A stretch of DNA of 53,383 nt from Escherichia phage FXie-2024a. Position numbers and translations under genes: made by a program. This document shows, piece by piece, positions 20,462-30,334 of this stretch (the first letter of the stretch is position 1; each line of letters begins with the position of its first letter). Location of the stretch: the sequence record PP107930.1; one strand, written 5' to 3'. The notes beneath the pieces were generated by a model, which saw nothing but the letters and a program-made list of their open reading frames with translations, made no database searches and was not told the origin of the DNA.

Positions 20462-21228
20462 TTAAGGGTGCGTAATGGTGATTGCTTTAGTAGCAGTTAC
20501 ACCAGATGCAGTCTTATGGGTTGCTTTGATTGTTGCAGAGGTCGCAGTACCAATCGTCGCAGTTGCAACAGTTACAGTACCATTGGCCGCCACAGAGACT
20601 CCAGTGACCGCTGGGTCAACAGTGAAGTTGTAGTCGCTAGCAACAGAGTTTGCAAACGTAAACAGTTTATCAACAGTTACGGTAGCATTTGTAGTTGAAG
20701 CATCAGCAGTCACAGCCGCCGCTACCGCAGTAACGGTTGGTGCTGGAGGTGGCGTTACGACTTTGGGACGACGTTAATCATGACCGGAACAACTTCACCA
20801 GCAGCAGCCGGATAACGAAGTGCAGTCAGGTTGGTTGCCTTAGTATAGCCAGCACCAACGCCACCGAATTGACCAGTAGCAGATACGCCAATGTTCTTAT
20901 CAGTGATTGCAGTTACCAGTTTGACCATGATTGGACCAGACAGCATAACGCCCAGAGGCCAGCCAGCTTTGATAGCAACAGTGCCATCGCCAGGACGGGT
21001 AGCAGATTCGAGGTTAATCTGGCGCATAGTAATGCCCAGAACAGTACCGTCAGAACCAATACCAGGCTTAACCTGATTGTCAGCAGTACCTTGAACAACG
21101 GCCAGACCAAAGTTTGCCATTTCTACTTCGGCATTGTAGGTCAGACGCTGGGAGTTAGTGGTAGCAAGACCGTACTGCTCACCCGCGTAAGCTGCACCAG
21201 TATTGATAGACCATTCTTGTTTTGGCAT
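20462..21228 (-). CDS. Putative -1 frameshift fusion: decoration-like protein plus Ig-like (Big_2-type) domain
   Basis: Slippery heptamer C_CCA_AAG at 20761..20767 (minus-strand reading). The -1 frame is open from there through a Pro/Ala/Thr linker (KVVTPPPAPTVTAVAAAV) into the 83-aa Ig-like ORF ending at 20462. Confidence 0.6.
20755..21228 (-). CDS. Head decoration-like structural protein (zero-frame product)
   Basis: 157 aa Gly/Ala/Val-rich protein between scaffold and capsid genes; ends with slippery CCCAAAG. Confidence 0.5.
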   Translation of the reverse strand: MPKQEWSINTGAAYAGEQYGLATTNSQRLTYNAEVEMANFGLAVVQGTADNQVKPGIGSDGTVLGITMRQINLESATRPGDGTVAIKAGWPLGVMLSGPIMVKLVTAITDKNIGVSATGQFGGVGAGYTKATNLTALRYPAAAGEVVPVMINVVPKS

Positions 21229-21237
21229 TGTATTACC

Positions 21238-22377
21238 TTATAAAGAGTTGAAGCGTTCTAAACGACGTTTGTTTGCTTCGTCTGAAATAGATACTTTAGG
21301 TTTGCTATCTTCAGCAGCCTTCTTAGCAGAGAACTGCATAGACTGGTTCAGGGCATCACCCAGAGTAATGGAATCGCAGTCTTCAAGTGCTGCATCGAAA
21401 CGAGCAGAGATATAATCTTCACTCTTATCGCTGAAGTCCTTGTCATGCAACTTATTAACTACAGCCAACTTAACTTGTGCATCGGTCTTGCCAGCAAAGT
21501 CTAGTTGTGAGAATTCGTCACCCAGGCGAGCAACATCAATTAACAGTGCAGTACGAGCAACCACACGCTTGTCTACCTCAGCCTGAATAGCTTCATCGGA
21601 TAGGCGTGCAGATTCAGCATCTGCCAGTTTCTGCTCAAGTGCAGTAACCTTGTCAATTGCAGCATCACGTTCTGCTTCAACTACATCAAACGTGGCTTTA
21701 TCTACGATGGCAATCTCTTCACCAGAGTCGCCGATACGAGTTGTTTGAGCACGGCCACGAACTACAATAGCAGCGTGGTTAGGGATGATGCGAACTTTAT
21801 CAAAGTCTGCATCTGCATCTTGGCTTACTGCCAGTTCTGCATTGTGCCCTAAAGAGATTTGGTCAACGCCAGAATCAACTAATCGAATGGCTTGCTCGTC
21901 ATTTAAAACGATTGATGCAGCCAAGAAAGAACCGTCAGCAACTGGACGACCTTCGATAAAGCCTTTCTGCAACTCTTTGTTGTTCTTAATGCTCACATCA
22001 TCTTTCGGATGGCCGATAGTTACCGGAATTGAGCGACAACCTTCGATGGTTGCTTCATCAAATAATACTTCCGGCTTGGTGCGAACACGGCAAATAGATT
22101 CTGGGTCCAAATGCTTAGCAATGTCACCTAATTCTTTTGCTTTGTACAGCATGATGCCAGTACGAGCAATGGTGCATTCTGCAATCATTTCGCCAGAGTC
22201 ACGTAAACGGCGAGTCGTAAGTGTTGCTTTATCCGTTAACAGGACAACTTCACTTACAGTATCTTCGTCGTTAAGCTGAACCAGGTTTTGGTTTTGCTTC
22301 ACTTGCGTTACCCTTTTGTATGTTTGGTGGTTTAGGATTTGGCTTACCAAGGTCACACGTCCCGAACACTCCTGCAT
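21238..22377 (-). CDS. Scaffolding protein or prohead protease (putative)
   Basis: 379 aa acidic, coiled-coil-rich protein between portal and capsid genes; annotated start overlaps the portal end, so the true start is probably internal. Confidence 0.45.
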   Translation of the reverse strand: MQECSGRVTLVSQILNHQTYKRVTQVKQNQNLVQLNDEDTVSEVVLLTDKATLTTRRLRDSGEMIAECTIARTGIMLYKAKELGDIAKHLDPESICRVRTKPEVLFDEATIEGCRSIPVTIGHPKDDVSIKNNKELQKGFIEGRPVADGSFLAASIVLNDEQAIRLVDSGVDQISLGHNAELAVSQDADADFDKVRIIPNHAAIVVRGRAQTTRIGDSGEEIAIVDKATFDVVEAERDAAIDKVTALEQKLADAESARLSDEAIQAEVDKRVVARTALLIDVARLGDEFSQLDFAGKTDAQVKLAVVNKLHDKDFSDKSEDYISARFDAALEDCDSITLGDALNQSMQFSAKKAAEDSKPKVSISDEANKRRLERFNSL

Positions 22378-23590
22378 GGAACATTACATCGTTTGCAACT
22401 TCGGTTGTTATGGTGCCATTGTTAACCAACAGGTCAACAGCGAATGCCAAATCTTTGGCTCGCTTCGCTTTCTCAACATTGGATTCAGGGAAGATGTCCA
22501 ACCATTCATAGTCGTATTCTTCAATGCCAAAGTGCGCCTGAACAATCTTGTCTACCACATCTAAACGAGGGTCGAAGACAGATGTTTGCAAGCCAGTCAA
22601 CAAGTCGATATAGTTTACGAGGTCAGATTCGCCCGTAGCATTCATACCGTCTGGAGATGCAGAAAGGAAACGTGTTGCCGGAATACCTACAGCAGCAGCT
22701 ACAATCTTCAAGTATTCCCAAATCAAGTCTTTCACACCAGATAGTGCAATTGATTTGGTGTCATATTTCTCAGTGTTGTCGAGAATTAAAACATTATAAA
22801 TACTCTTTGCCAGCTTCATGAGTTTGAAGCGTTTCATCACAGCAGCTTCACCTTCCGATGATGTAAGCAGAGATTGTAAACCTTCGACAGTTACCACATC
22901 AATTGTGGCTTCTTGAGCAAGGCTGGCAGCAGCAGCGGCAGTTGTGTAAAACTGGTCAATCGTTTTCAGCAACGGGATAAGTACCGAATCAGAGTACCAC
23001 ATGTTACGTTGAAATTCGAACAGTGGGAGTTCAGTACCCTCGAATCGAAGAAAACGAGTGTAATGGATATAGCCGGGATACCCAGCCAAAGTGTAGAACT
23101 CTGGCAAACCATAGTGAGGACTCAAGGGGTCCAGAACCATAGTCCCTGCGGCAAATAAGCGTGAGCGGTCAATAACTCTCATGGATTTAATACATCCAGT
23201 CTTCAAGTTATCCAGACGTAATGGCGTATCAAGTTTGCCCGTCCCTTTCAGGTCGAGCAGAACAAATGAAGTCCCGTACAGTCTGGCCCATTGATATGCT
23301 TCACGGAACAGTTTACGGATTCGAAGTTTCTTATCCGCTTTACGCCCTTCTTCAGAATCAATATGCCGCCACTTACGCGTCATGTCTTGAGGTATTACAG
23401 TGCAAACCTTCTGGCTTACCCAATCCTCGCGGAAGCGGTTCATCAGTTCGCGATAGTTCGCGTTCTTATTTGAGAAAGTCCACTGGTTAAAAGTAGACTT
23501 ATCCGCTTGACCTCCTAAACCTGTTACAAGGTTCTCAAGGCCATCTGTAACCTTTACGGTTAAATTATTCTTTTTATCTTTGGAAGCCAT
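22271..23590 (-). CDS. Portal protein
   Basis: 439 aa; position between large terminase and scaffold. Confidence 0.55.
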   Translation of the reverse strand: MASKDKKNNLTVKVTDGLENLVTGLGGQADKSTFNQWTFSNKNANYRELMNRFREDWVSQKVCTVIPQDMTRKWRHIDSEEGRKADKKLRIRKLFREAYQWARLYGTSFVLLDLKGTGKLDTPLRLDNLKTGCIKSMRVIDRSRLFAAGTMVLDPLSPHYGLPEFYTLAGYPGYIHYTRFLRFEGTELPLFEFQRNMWYSDSVLIPLLKTIDQFYTTAAAAASLAQEATIDVVTVEGLQSLLTSSEGEAAVMKRFKLMKLAKSIYNVLILDNTEKYDTKSIALSGVKDLIWEYLKIVAAAVGIPATRFLSASPDGMNATGESDLVNYIDLLTGLQTSVFDPRLDVVDKIVQAHFGIEEYDYEWLDIFPESNVEKAKRAKDLAFAVDLLVNNGTITTEVANDVMFHAGVFGTCDLGKPNPKPPNIQKGNASEAKPKPGSA

Positions 23591-23802
23591 TATTTCTTCC
23601 TTAAGATTGTTCCGTTACCTTTAACAATTTGAATATTGTCGGAGGTATGGATACGCAGATTAGATTCGTGTTTCAATTTAACACAATCATTTTCCACGGT
23701 TGATACAGCCTCAACCACGCAGAGAATGTTGCCATCCAAATCTTGAATCTGGAGGGAATTGTTCTTACGTGAGCGGGCATCTAAGCGAGTGATAACCGCC
23801 AT
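23590..23802 (-). CDS. Small hypothetical protein (about 70 aa)
   Basis: ATG at 23800..23802 sits one base after the terminase stop (23804..23806); the longer 120-aa frame overlaps the terminase. Confidence 0.35.
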   Translation of the reverse strand: MAVITRLDARSRKNNSLQIQDLDGNILCVVEAVSTVENDCVKLKHESNLRIHTSDNIQIVKGNGTILRKK

Positions 23803-23803
23803 A

Positions 23804-25849
23804 TTACATCCATGCCGAGTAGTTGGCACTTGGGCCGGAGAATTCGATTGCAACCATATCTGAGACGTTATCGACGCAATCGTCGTGCCCAGTACCGCTA
23901 CCCAAAGAAGTGAATCCAAGTATTTCACGTCTAACGTGGTCGATGTGTTCATGACCAGCAGGGAAGAATATTCTCTTTTGTGAGAAATATGGGATTGCGT
24001 TAAGGAATCGAGTTACCTTGTCGTTACCATTTACACCATCACGGGGTAGAGGTAAGACTCGGACACTCCCATCTCTAATAAATTGTTGGTTCAAGAATTG
24101 TCCAGCAGACTTATCTTCCATGTACAATGCACGAGGAATACAGCCTACACACTTCAAGTCCAACTTGTTGCATTTGTTCCAGAAGTCGATGATAGCAGTC
24201 TTGAGTTCTGGAGTTTCAAACTTACCAAGCATGATATCTAAACAATAAACATCTCGCTCTTTAGTCACGCCCCAATGCTTCAGGACCGAATAATCAGAAT
24301 AAGATTTGGCAGTTGATGCCGTATCCGCTGTGATAAAACTTCTGACTATGCGACTTCTGTCGAAAGCATCCGGTTCATACTCTTGCCACCAATCTTCTTT
24401 AACGAGGCCGTGGCCTTGTGCAGATGGGTCGCCAGCATACTGTGAATTGTATGTGTATGGGTTGGACTCTTTCATTGCCTCCAGAGAATCTAAACTCTTA
24501 CGTGAAGGCCACAATGCAGACTTCTCTTCCTTCCTATTCAAATCATACAGAATCGGGATAGCATGAGTGTAGTTCTGCTTCTTAATTAACTTGTCATACC
24601 ACTGAGCACTCCCAACTCCTTTCTCGATAATGGCTGGGATGTTGAGATAGTGGTACTTATCAGACGAGCCACCACGAAGTATATATCCAACTAAATCTTG
24701 GTCATGCACCCTCTGCATAATGATAACCATTGGTGTACGAGCACACTTAATTTGATTACCACGAGAGTCGGTTATGCAACCATCATTCGCAAGACGGGAC
24801 ATAAAGGTGTTATCGAATCGGTCGTTAATCTCCGCTCGAACTGTGTCTGAATATGCATCTTTAGGCTTGATTACGTCATCGACCACGAAGCAGCCGGAAT
24901 AGTTTGCAACCAACAGGCCAGCACCTTTACCAGTTAGTTTACCACCAGTAGGAACAGCGTGCATTACACCAGCTTTGGTCGTACCCCAACGCTCAAGAGA
25001 ACGTTTGTTCGGGTCTATTCTCACCTTCGGGAATATGCGTTGGAACAGTGGGTCCATCATTACTGCACGGATATAACCACTTGATTCAAGAACAACGTCT
25101 TCTGCATACGAGGTGATAATGTTATGGCTTGATTCATTGTGGCAAAATGAATACAAGGGCAATGCAATACTCATAAGCTGGGTCTTAGAGTGTCGTGGAG
25201 GAATGGTCACTATTAAGCGGTCAATCTCACCATCAACAACCTTCTGACCAACACTGAATATTACATCGTGAAAGTCTTGTGCCTGGAATGGGAATCCCAT
25301 TTGAATATGGAACTGCCATTTACCAAAGGCTTCGAAACTTTTCATCAAGATTTTGCGAACACGTTCTGCAACCTTGGCAGGGATTACAGTTGGGTCCACG
25401 TTGTGTGGGTCATGCAGAATCTTGTCTACAAGTTCTTCGGTGTTATCGTGTTCAGAGTTTGGCTCCTCTAATGTGGAACCTGCAACACGGTCAGTAACAC
25501 CTGCTTGAATACCTTTCTTCAACTCGTCTGCATAGGCAGTTGAGTCTTTCTTATCGCCAGAGCGAAGACGCTCAAGTTGTGCTTTGAAAACGGAACGAAG
25601 AACCGCATCGTTTTCCAGACCCTGGCCTTCTAACTCTGCTTGAATTTGTTCTTCATAGCTGTCAACTATTGCAGTATTTTCTGAAATATATCGACGGAGC
25701 AATGGCAAAGATAGAATACAGAATCTCTCTCTTGAGACTTTTAAAACGTCACCATAGTTCTTAACGAGATAGCTGGCAACTGTATCGTTAAACTCTGGTC
25801 CGAGGTCATCAGTCTTTGACATTGATTCGTTCTCTTTGGTTTTAATCAC
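23804..25849 (-). CDS. Terminase large subunit
   Basis: 681 aa; deviant Walker A-like PPRHSKT; C-terminal Asp-rich nuclease-like region (GHDDCVDNVSD); upstream of portal. Confidence 0.6.
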   Translation of the reverse strand: MIKTKENESMSKTDDLGPEFNDTVASYLVKNYGDVLKVSRERFCILSLPLLRRYISENTAIVDSYEEQIQAELEGQGLENDAVLRSVFKAQLERLRSGDKKDSTAYADELKKGIQAGVTDRVAGSTLEEPNSEHDNTEELVDKILHDPHNVDPTVIPAKVAERVRKILMKSFEAFGKWQFHIQMGFPFQAQDFHDVIFSVGQKVVDGEIDRLIVTIPPRHSKTQLMSIALPLYSFCHNESSHNIITSYAEDVVLESSGYIRAVMMDPLFQRIFPKVRIDPNKRSLERWGTTKAGVMHAVPTGGKLTGKGAGLLVANYSGCFVVDDVIKPKDAYSDTVRAEINDRFDNTFMSRLANDGCITDSRGNQIKCARTPMVIIMQRVHDQDLVGYILRGGSSDKYHYLNIPAIIEKGVGSAQWYDKLIKKQNYTHAIPILYDLNRKEEKSALWPSRKSLDSLEAMKESNPYTYNSQYAGDPSAQGHGLVKEDWWQEYEPDAFDRSRIVRSFITADTASTAKSYSDYSVLKHWGVTKERDVYCLDIMLGKFETPELKTAIIDFWNKCNKLDLKCVGCIPRALYMEDKSAGQFLNQQFIRDGSVRVLPLPRDGVNGNDKVTRFLNAIPYFSQKRIFFPAGHEHIDHVRREILGFTSLGSGTGHDDCVDNVSDMVAIEFSGPSANYSAWM

Positions 25850-26027
25850 AATCCACTAATGGCAAAGTTTGCACGGGATTAATGCGAATGATGCTGCCTA
25901 AACCAGAATCAGCCTTTAAGTACAGGCGGTTTAGTGGCATGTATGAATCACAGATAGGACATTGTTGCGTTATGAAATCATCTTCAGCAATTTCATAATG
26001 ACAGTTAGGACATTGTATTGTGCGCAT
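25842..26027 (-). CDS. Zinc-ribbon protein
   Basis: 61 aa with CPNC...CPIC. Confidence 0.4.
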   Translation of the reverse strand: MRTIQCPNCHYEIAEDDFITQQCPICDSYMPLNRLYLKADSGLGSIIRINPVQTLPLVDCD

Positions 26028-26081
26028 AAGCGACTCCGAATAAGATAGGAGGCCAGATAGCCTCCCTATTATGCGTGCCGC

Positions 26082-26411
26082 TTAATATTTAATATCGCTC
26101 CAGGCCATATCTTTATAGAAATCTTCAAGATATGCTTGGGTAGAACCAACAACCACCACAATCTTAAATGGCAGTATCAGCGGCTTAACAGCCGACATTA
26201 AATCTTCGCGCCCACGCTTGATACGTTCGACGTTCTTGATTGTGTTTTCACCACGAGGAAGCATGAAAACGATAACATCCGCACCTGTTTCGTTGCGAAC
26301 TGCAAGTGCACGGGTGAGATAAGTCCCGCCACCAGTGGAGGTGACTTTAGACTTGAGATATGCAAACTTAACTTTGCGGTTATTTACTACAACAGGTGAG
26401 GACAGTTTCAT
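26082..26411 (-). CDS. Hypothetical protein
   Basis: 109 aa ORF with STGGGT-containing segment; function unassigned. Confidence 0.4.
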   Translation of the reverse strand: MKLSSPVVVNNRKVKFAYLKSKVTSTGGGTYLTRALAVRNETGADVIVFMLPRGENTIKNVERIKRGREDLMSAVKPLILPFKIVVVVGSTQAYLEDFYKDMAWSDIKY

Positions 26412-26412
26412 T

Positions 26413-26769
26413 TCAGATAGGTTTCCAGGTAGTTACTGTAACTGTTTCGGTGACTTTGTGTACCTTAAAGATTTCACTTACAGAATCCCAATAGATGCCG
26501 TTAGAATAATCTTGAGTACACTCCATCATCCAAGTTCCTACAAGTTGCTCTGGAGTCAATGACGTACCTTTAAAGCAGTCAAGAATCTCCTTAGCCAATT
26601 CCAAGTCAATCTCCTGAATATACTTTACAAAGCATTCAGAGTATTTCCTGTGAACAGACTCAACTTCTGTAGGGTCTTCAAAGATATTACGAACAAAGGA
26701 TTTAAACTGCGCAGACGTAACATCTGCACCGTATTTTTTAATCTTCATTGGATGCTCCGCGAAGGCCAT
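26413..26769 (-). CDS. Hypothetical protein
   Basis: 118 aa ORF tightly packed between dUTPase and the 109-aa gene. Confidence 0.4.
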   Translation of the reverse strand: MAFAEHPMKIKKYGADVTSAQFKSFVRNIFEDPTEVESVHRKYSECFVKYIQEIDLELAKEILDCFKGTSLTPEQLVGTWMMECTQDYSNGIYWDSVSEIFKVHKVTETVTVTTWKPI

Positions 26770-27362
26770 TACTTATAAAGTTCAGCGCCGTGGGTGTGGG
26801 CACCGATTGAAGTTGTGCCTGAAACAAAGGCCGTTGTGCCTTCGCCAACGACAGAGAGGCTGTGTGAGTGTGAACCGTCAGGAATATGCGGCCTTTCATG
26901 TTGTCCAAGTTCCACACGACCAGTTGAGCCAAACCCACCTTCGCCACGACCAGTTGCATTCAGGCGGTCAACTTCAACGAAATGGTGTTGAGTAGCTTTA
27001 CTAACTTGCACCTGACAAATACGTTCACCTGGCTGAACCACAAAGGCTGTGTCCGAATCGTTGTGCAACTTAACCATAAGATTACCACGATAATCGGAGT
27101 CCAGAATTCCTGTACAGTTTGCCAGGCGAATACCAGACTTAAAGCCATGACCAGAACGGCTATGCACTTTGAGTTCGTATCCAATTGGAACCTCGAACTG
27201 GAGGCCAGTATCGAAAACAGCAGAGCAGCCGGGATTGATAACAACAGTGCTATCGGAGATAGTGCAAACGTCAGCAGCAGCAGCGCCAGCAGTAGCGTAC
27301 ACAGGTAATTTCGCATGAGGATGCACTCGCTTTACAGCAACAACTTGAGTCATACAAGACAT
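26769..27362 (-). CDS. dut: dUTP diphosphatase with C-terminal extension
   Basis: dUTPase motifs HSRSGHGFK, GILDSDYRGN, RGEGGFGSTGR; frame continues about 45 aa past the usual end. Confidence 0.8.
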   Translation of the reverse strand: MSCMTQVVAVKRVHPHAKLPVYATAGAAAADVCTISDSTVVINPGCSAVFDTGLQFEVPIGYELKVHSRSGHGFKSGIRLANCTGILDSDYRGNLMVKLHNDSDTAFVVQPGERICQVQVSKATQHHFVEVDRLNATGRGEGGFGSTGRVELGQHERPHIPDGSHSHSLSVVGEGTTAFVSGTTSIGAHTHGAELYK

Positions 27363-27364
27363 GA

Positions 27365-28093
27365 TTATTTCTCTACTTGATGAGTTACGCGCTCAATCCA
27401 GTTGAACACTTTGAATACAGAATCACCCACTTTACCATCAATTAGATGTTCATCCACTGTTACGCGGGTAGGTGTGTTTGGGAGTTCGATGTATCTGCGA
27501 GAATCGCCCTTGAAATCATAACCATCACGATGCAAACGCACAATGATAACAAAATCATAAGCAGACTCAATGGCAACGACTTCATCGCCAAAACCGCCAT
27601 CGGGATAAATGACATTAACAACGCCACCCATACGCCCCGTGAGTTCTTTAACACGAGCCGCTTCAACTTGACCAAAATAGTCTTGTCCGTGGCGAGGCTT
27701 ACATACATCTTCGCTAACATGAATAAGAGCTTGACGAGGTGTTCTGCCACCAAGACCTGCAAGGGAGATAGAGTCTTTGAGGTCACGGTCCGAAGCATAG
27801 TGAATAAACTTGTCCACATCGACTTGGAAGTGTTTGGCAGTGTGCTCATACAGTGCATCCTTAAACTGGTGTTTAATGAATTTGCGTCTGCCAAGGAAGT
27901 AGGGTTCCTCAGCAGCAACAATCTTATTTGCAATGGTGTCTTTACCACAGCCAGGAGGTCCATTAAGAATTACAGCTAGTCGCTTAATCAAAACTTTCCT
28001 CACTCTTGTCTGCACGTAAACGAACGAGTGACGGGAACCGGAACTTTCCAGCTTCTGTTTTCTCGCGATAACGAACTTGCATAATCGAACCAA
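27365..28093 (-). CDS. P-loop kinase, dNMP kinase-like
   Basis: Walker A GPPGCGKDT; annotated start overlaps the ligase end, so the true start is probably internal. Confidence 0.45.
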   Translation of the reverse strand: MVRLCKFVIARKQKLESSGSRHSFVYVQTRVRKVLIKRLAVILNGPPGCGKDTIANKIVAAEEPYFLGRRKFIKHQFKDALYEHTAKHFQVDVDKFIHYASDRDLKDSISLAGLGGRTPRQALIHVSEDVCKPRHGQDYFGQVEAARVKELTGRMGGVVNVIYPDGGFGDEVVAIESAYDFVIIVRLHRDGYDFKGDSRRYIELPNTPTRVTVDEHLIDGKVGDSVFKVFNWIERVTHQVEK

Positions 28094-28739
28094 TCAGCTC
28101 GTGACGGTGTTCCCACAACCACTTGCGAATCAATGGGTTAGACTCAGGAATACCGTGGTCTGCCAGACAATCTTTCACCATTGAACCAGCACTGCCGTAG
28201 TTCGAGGAAATAGAACCACACATACCTTTAAGAGCACCAGTACCTTCTTTCATACCAGTAATCTTTACATCGGCGTATTTGTATGGTACAATTTTCCACC
28301 ATTTACCTTTTGCATCACGGACAATAATACCTTCATGACCAAGCGCCAGATATTTATCCATCAATGCCTTAAGGTTTTCATTGCTTGGGTCCTTGCACCA
28401 GCCGATGTACAGGCGTGGGTCAACAGCACCATCGCTCAACTCGTAAACATTTTCTTGCGATAGCGGTACGGTCGGAGGGTCGATACGCCCAAGGATAGAT
28501 GAAGTCTCGTTCCAGGAACCGCGAAAGATTTCTGCATCTTTAAATTCGAGATGGTCGCAGTGAGGGAGAGGTTTAGAGTTGCGGCTCCATACCTTACCAG
28601 AAGCATTACGAATCGCTCGTATGCCGTCAATTTTGATGTACAGTTCACATCGACCACGAATAAGACAGTCTGGGTCTTCCCAATCATGTGCGTGGGCCTT
28701 TGTGTAGCGTGTACCATCGTCGAGGAGCTTAATAGACAT
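27984..28739 (-). CDS. ATP-dependent DNA ligase
   Basis: 251 aa; adenylation motif KIDGIR (KxDGxR). Confidence 0.65.
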   Translation of the reverse strand: MSIKLLDDGTRYTKAHAHDWEDPDCLIRGRCELYIKIDGIRAIRNASGKVWSRNSKPLPHCDHLEFKDAEIFRGSWNETSSILGRIDPPTVPLSQENVYELSDGAVDPRLYIGWCKDPSNENLKALMDKYLALGHEGIIVRDAKGKWWKIVPYKYADVKITGMKEGTGALKGMCGSISSNYGSAGSMVKDCLADHGIPESNPLIRKWLWEHRHELIGSIMQVRYREKTEAGKFRFPSLVRLRADKSEESFD

Positions 28740-29253
28740 TAAGATTCTTTCTCAGATATTCTCGAACAGCATTCTTGCGTCCGATTTTGGTTTTAGGAAC
28801 TGGCTCTATTTTGGCAAGATTGCACTTGGCAATTTGCTCTTCGTCAGTTAGTTTGGCAAATGCAATACACTTCTTCTCAATGACTGCATCACGACGTGAC
28901 ACACCATATCGTTCCATGTATGTGATAATGCTGTGACAATCTTTACACAGCAGTTCCAAATCTTCTGGCTGAACCAATAGTAGGTTGTCCACAAAGCGGT
29001 GTAAATCTTCCAACTTAAGGAGGCCACCAACTTGAACTTTGTGGTTTACTTCAATATCTTTGAGCTTATACAACTTCTTGCAATGGTAACATTGAATGTG
29101 GAAGATTGGTTTCTTTGAGTCACCGACCTTCAATGCAATGCGACGAGATTGTATCAGCGAAAGTTTGCTTGGGTGTTTAGACCAAACACTTCGAATAGCA
29201 GATTGGAGCCAAGATACGAACTTGGCTTCCGTTCCACAATAACCGTAAGCCAT
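28729..29253 (-). CDS. HNH endonuclease
   Basis: 174 aa; CYHC...EVNHK...CKDCH pattern. Confidence 0.6.
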   Translation of the reverse strand: MAYGYCGTEAKFVSWLQSAIRSVWSKHPSKLSLIQSRRIALKVGDSKKPIFHIQCYHCKKLYKLKDIEVNHKVQVGGLLKLEDLHRFVDNLLLVQPEDLELLCKDCHSIITYMERYGVSRRDAVIEKKCIAFAKLTDEEQIAKCNLAKIEPVPKTKIGRKNAVREYLRKNLNVY

Positions 29254-29264
29254 TTCAACTCCAA

Positions 29265-30302
29265 TTATTTCTGGAGGTACTCTTCTTGAGTGAGGATACG
29301 ATTCTCTTTAAGGTCAAAGTATTCGTTAATGTTCTTGTAATGCCACAAGCGAACACAATTTCCCTTTTCAACTTGATGGTGCATGTAAACAAGACGACCC
29401 ACTTTGAGCAGCTCCTGTTCCCAACCATCTCCGAAGCGCATAATAAATGCACCAATAACTTTCTTCAAACCTTCTGCATAGGAGGTTGTACCATCCAGCA
29501 TCTCGAATGAAGCAACTGCACCAACGCCATCACGACGGAAATAAGTTTCTCCGGCTTTGGCACCAGTTTTGTAAATCTTTTCTTCAAGAACACCGCAACC
29601 CATAACGTTATCCGTTGAGTCGCCAATAAGCAATTGATGCAGGAAGAATTTGGGGCCATTGCCTTTAACTTCTTTCTTCTTCGTTTTGCCATTGTCCTTG
29701 ATTATTAATTTGAGTTCACCATAATCTTTAGGGATTATAATTTTCTCACCAATGCCCTGGGTTTCACGTTCCCATTGGTAATGCTTGATTACCGGACCAA
29801 CACAACCGTTCTGCCCGATTTGGCGCAAGTCTTTGTCCAACGATGCAATCCAGACTTCATCATATGTGCACGGACCAATACGAGTGAGGCTCTTAATCTC
29901 ATTACGTTTACCCATTGTCATGTCGTATTCATGACGTGCGAATACTGCGAGAAGGTCATCTGCTTCCAGACCTTTCATCCACACACCGTTCCAAGCAACC
30001 ATGAGATGTGCTTTCGCATTCTTCAAGTTCTCTGGTCGCCAAACATTATCACGGTTGCCTTTGTAGTCTTCGGCAAGAACGTTACGCAATGTTTTGGATG
30101 GTGAAATGCAGGTAATTACTTCTGTGGCTCCTGCACGTTTCGCAAGGAATTCCATCTTGGAATCCATTGACATTTGAATCTTAGCAAAGTTAATATCTTC
30201 TGCATCTTTGCCGTATTCTTCAGCAGCACAGTGACTGAATGCAACCATGTCGCCGTCAACCAGCAACAATACTCGTTTCTTACTCACTTTGGTAAGCTCC
30301 AA
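29265..30302 (-). CDS. 5'-3' exonuclease (FEN-like)
   Basis: 345 aa; LLLVDGDMVAFS and LEADDLLA acidic clusters typical of FEN/Pol I 5'-nuclease fold. Confidence 0.7.
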   Translation of the reverse strand: MELTKVSKKRVLLLVDGDMVAFSHCAAEEYGKDAEDINFAKIQMSMDSKMEFLAKRAGATEVITCISPSKTLRNVLAEDYKGNRDNVWRPENLKNAKAHLMVAWNGVWMKGLEADDLLAVFARHEYDMTMGKRNEIKSLTRIGPCTYDEVWIASLDKDLRQIGQNGCVGPVIKHYQWERETQGIGEKIIIPKDYGELKLIIKDNGKTKKKEVKGNGPKFFLHQLLIGDSTDNVMGCGVLEEKIYKTGAKAGETYFRRDGVGAVASFEMLDGTTSYAEGLKKVIGAFIMRFGDGWEQELLKVGRLVYMHHQVEKGNCVRLWHYKNINEYFDLKENRILTQEEYLQK

Positions 30303-30334
30303 AATTAAAGGCTCCCGAAGGAGCCATATTACAG

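Noticed and set aside
22271-22377. Overlap of about 100 nt between the portal and scaffold ORFs as a frameshift or fusion
   Set aside because: More simply explained by an internal start for the scaffold gene; no slippery site was noted.
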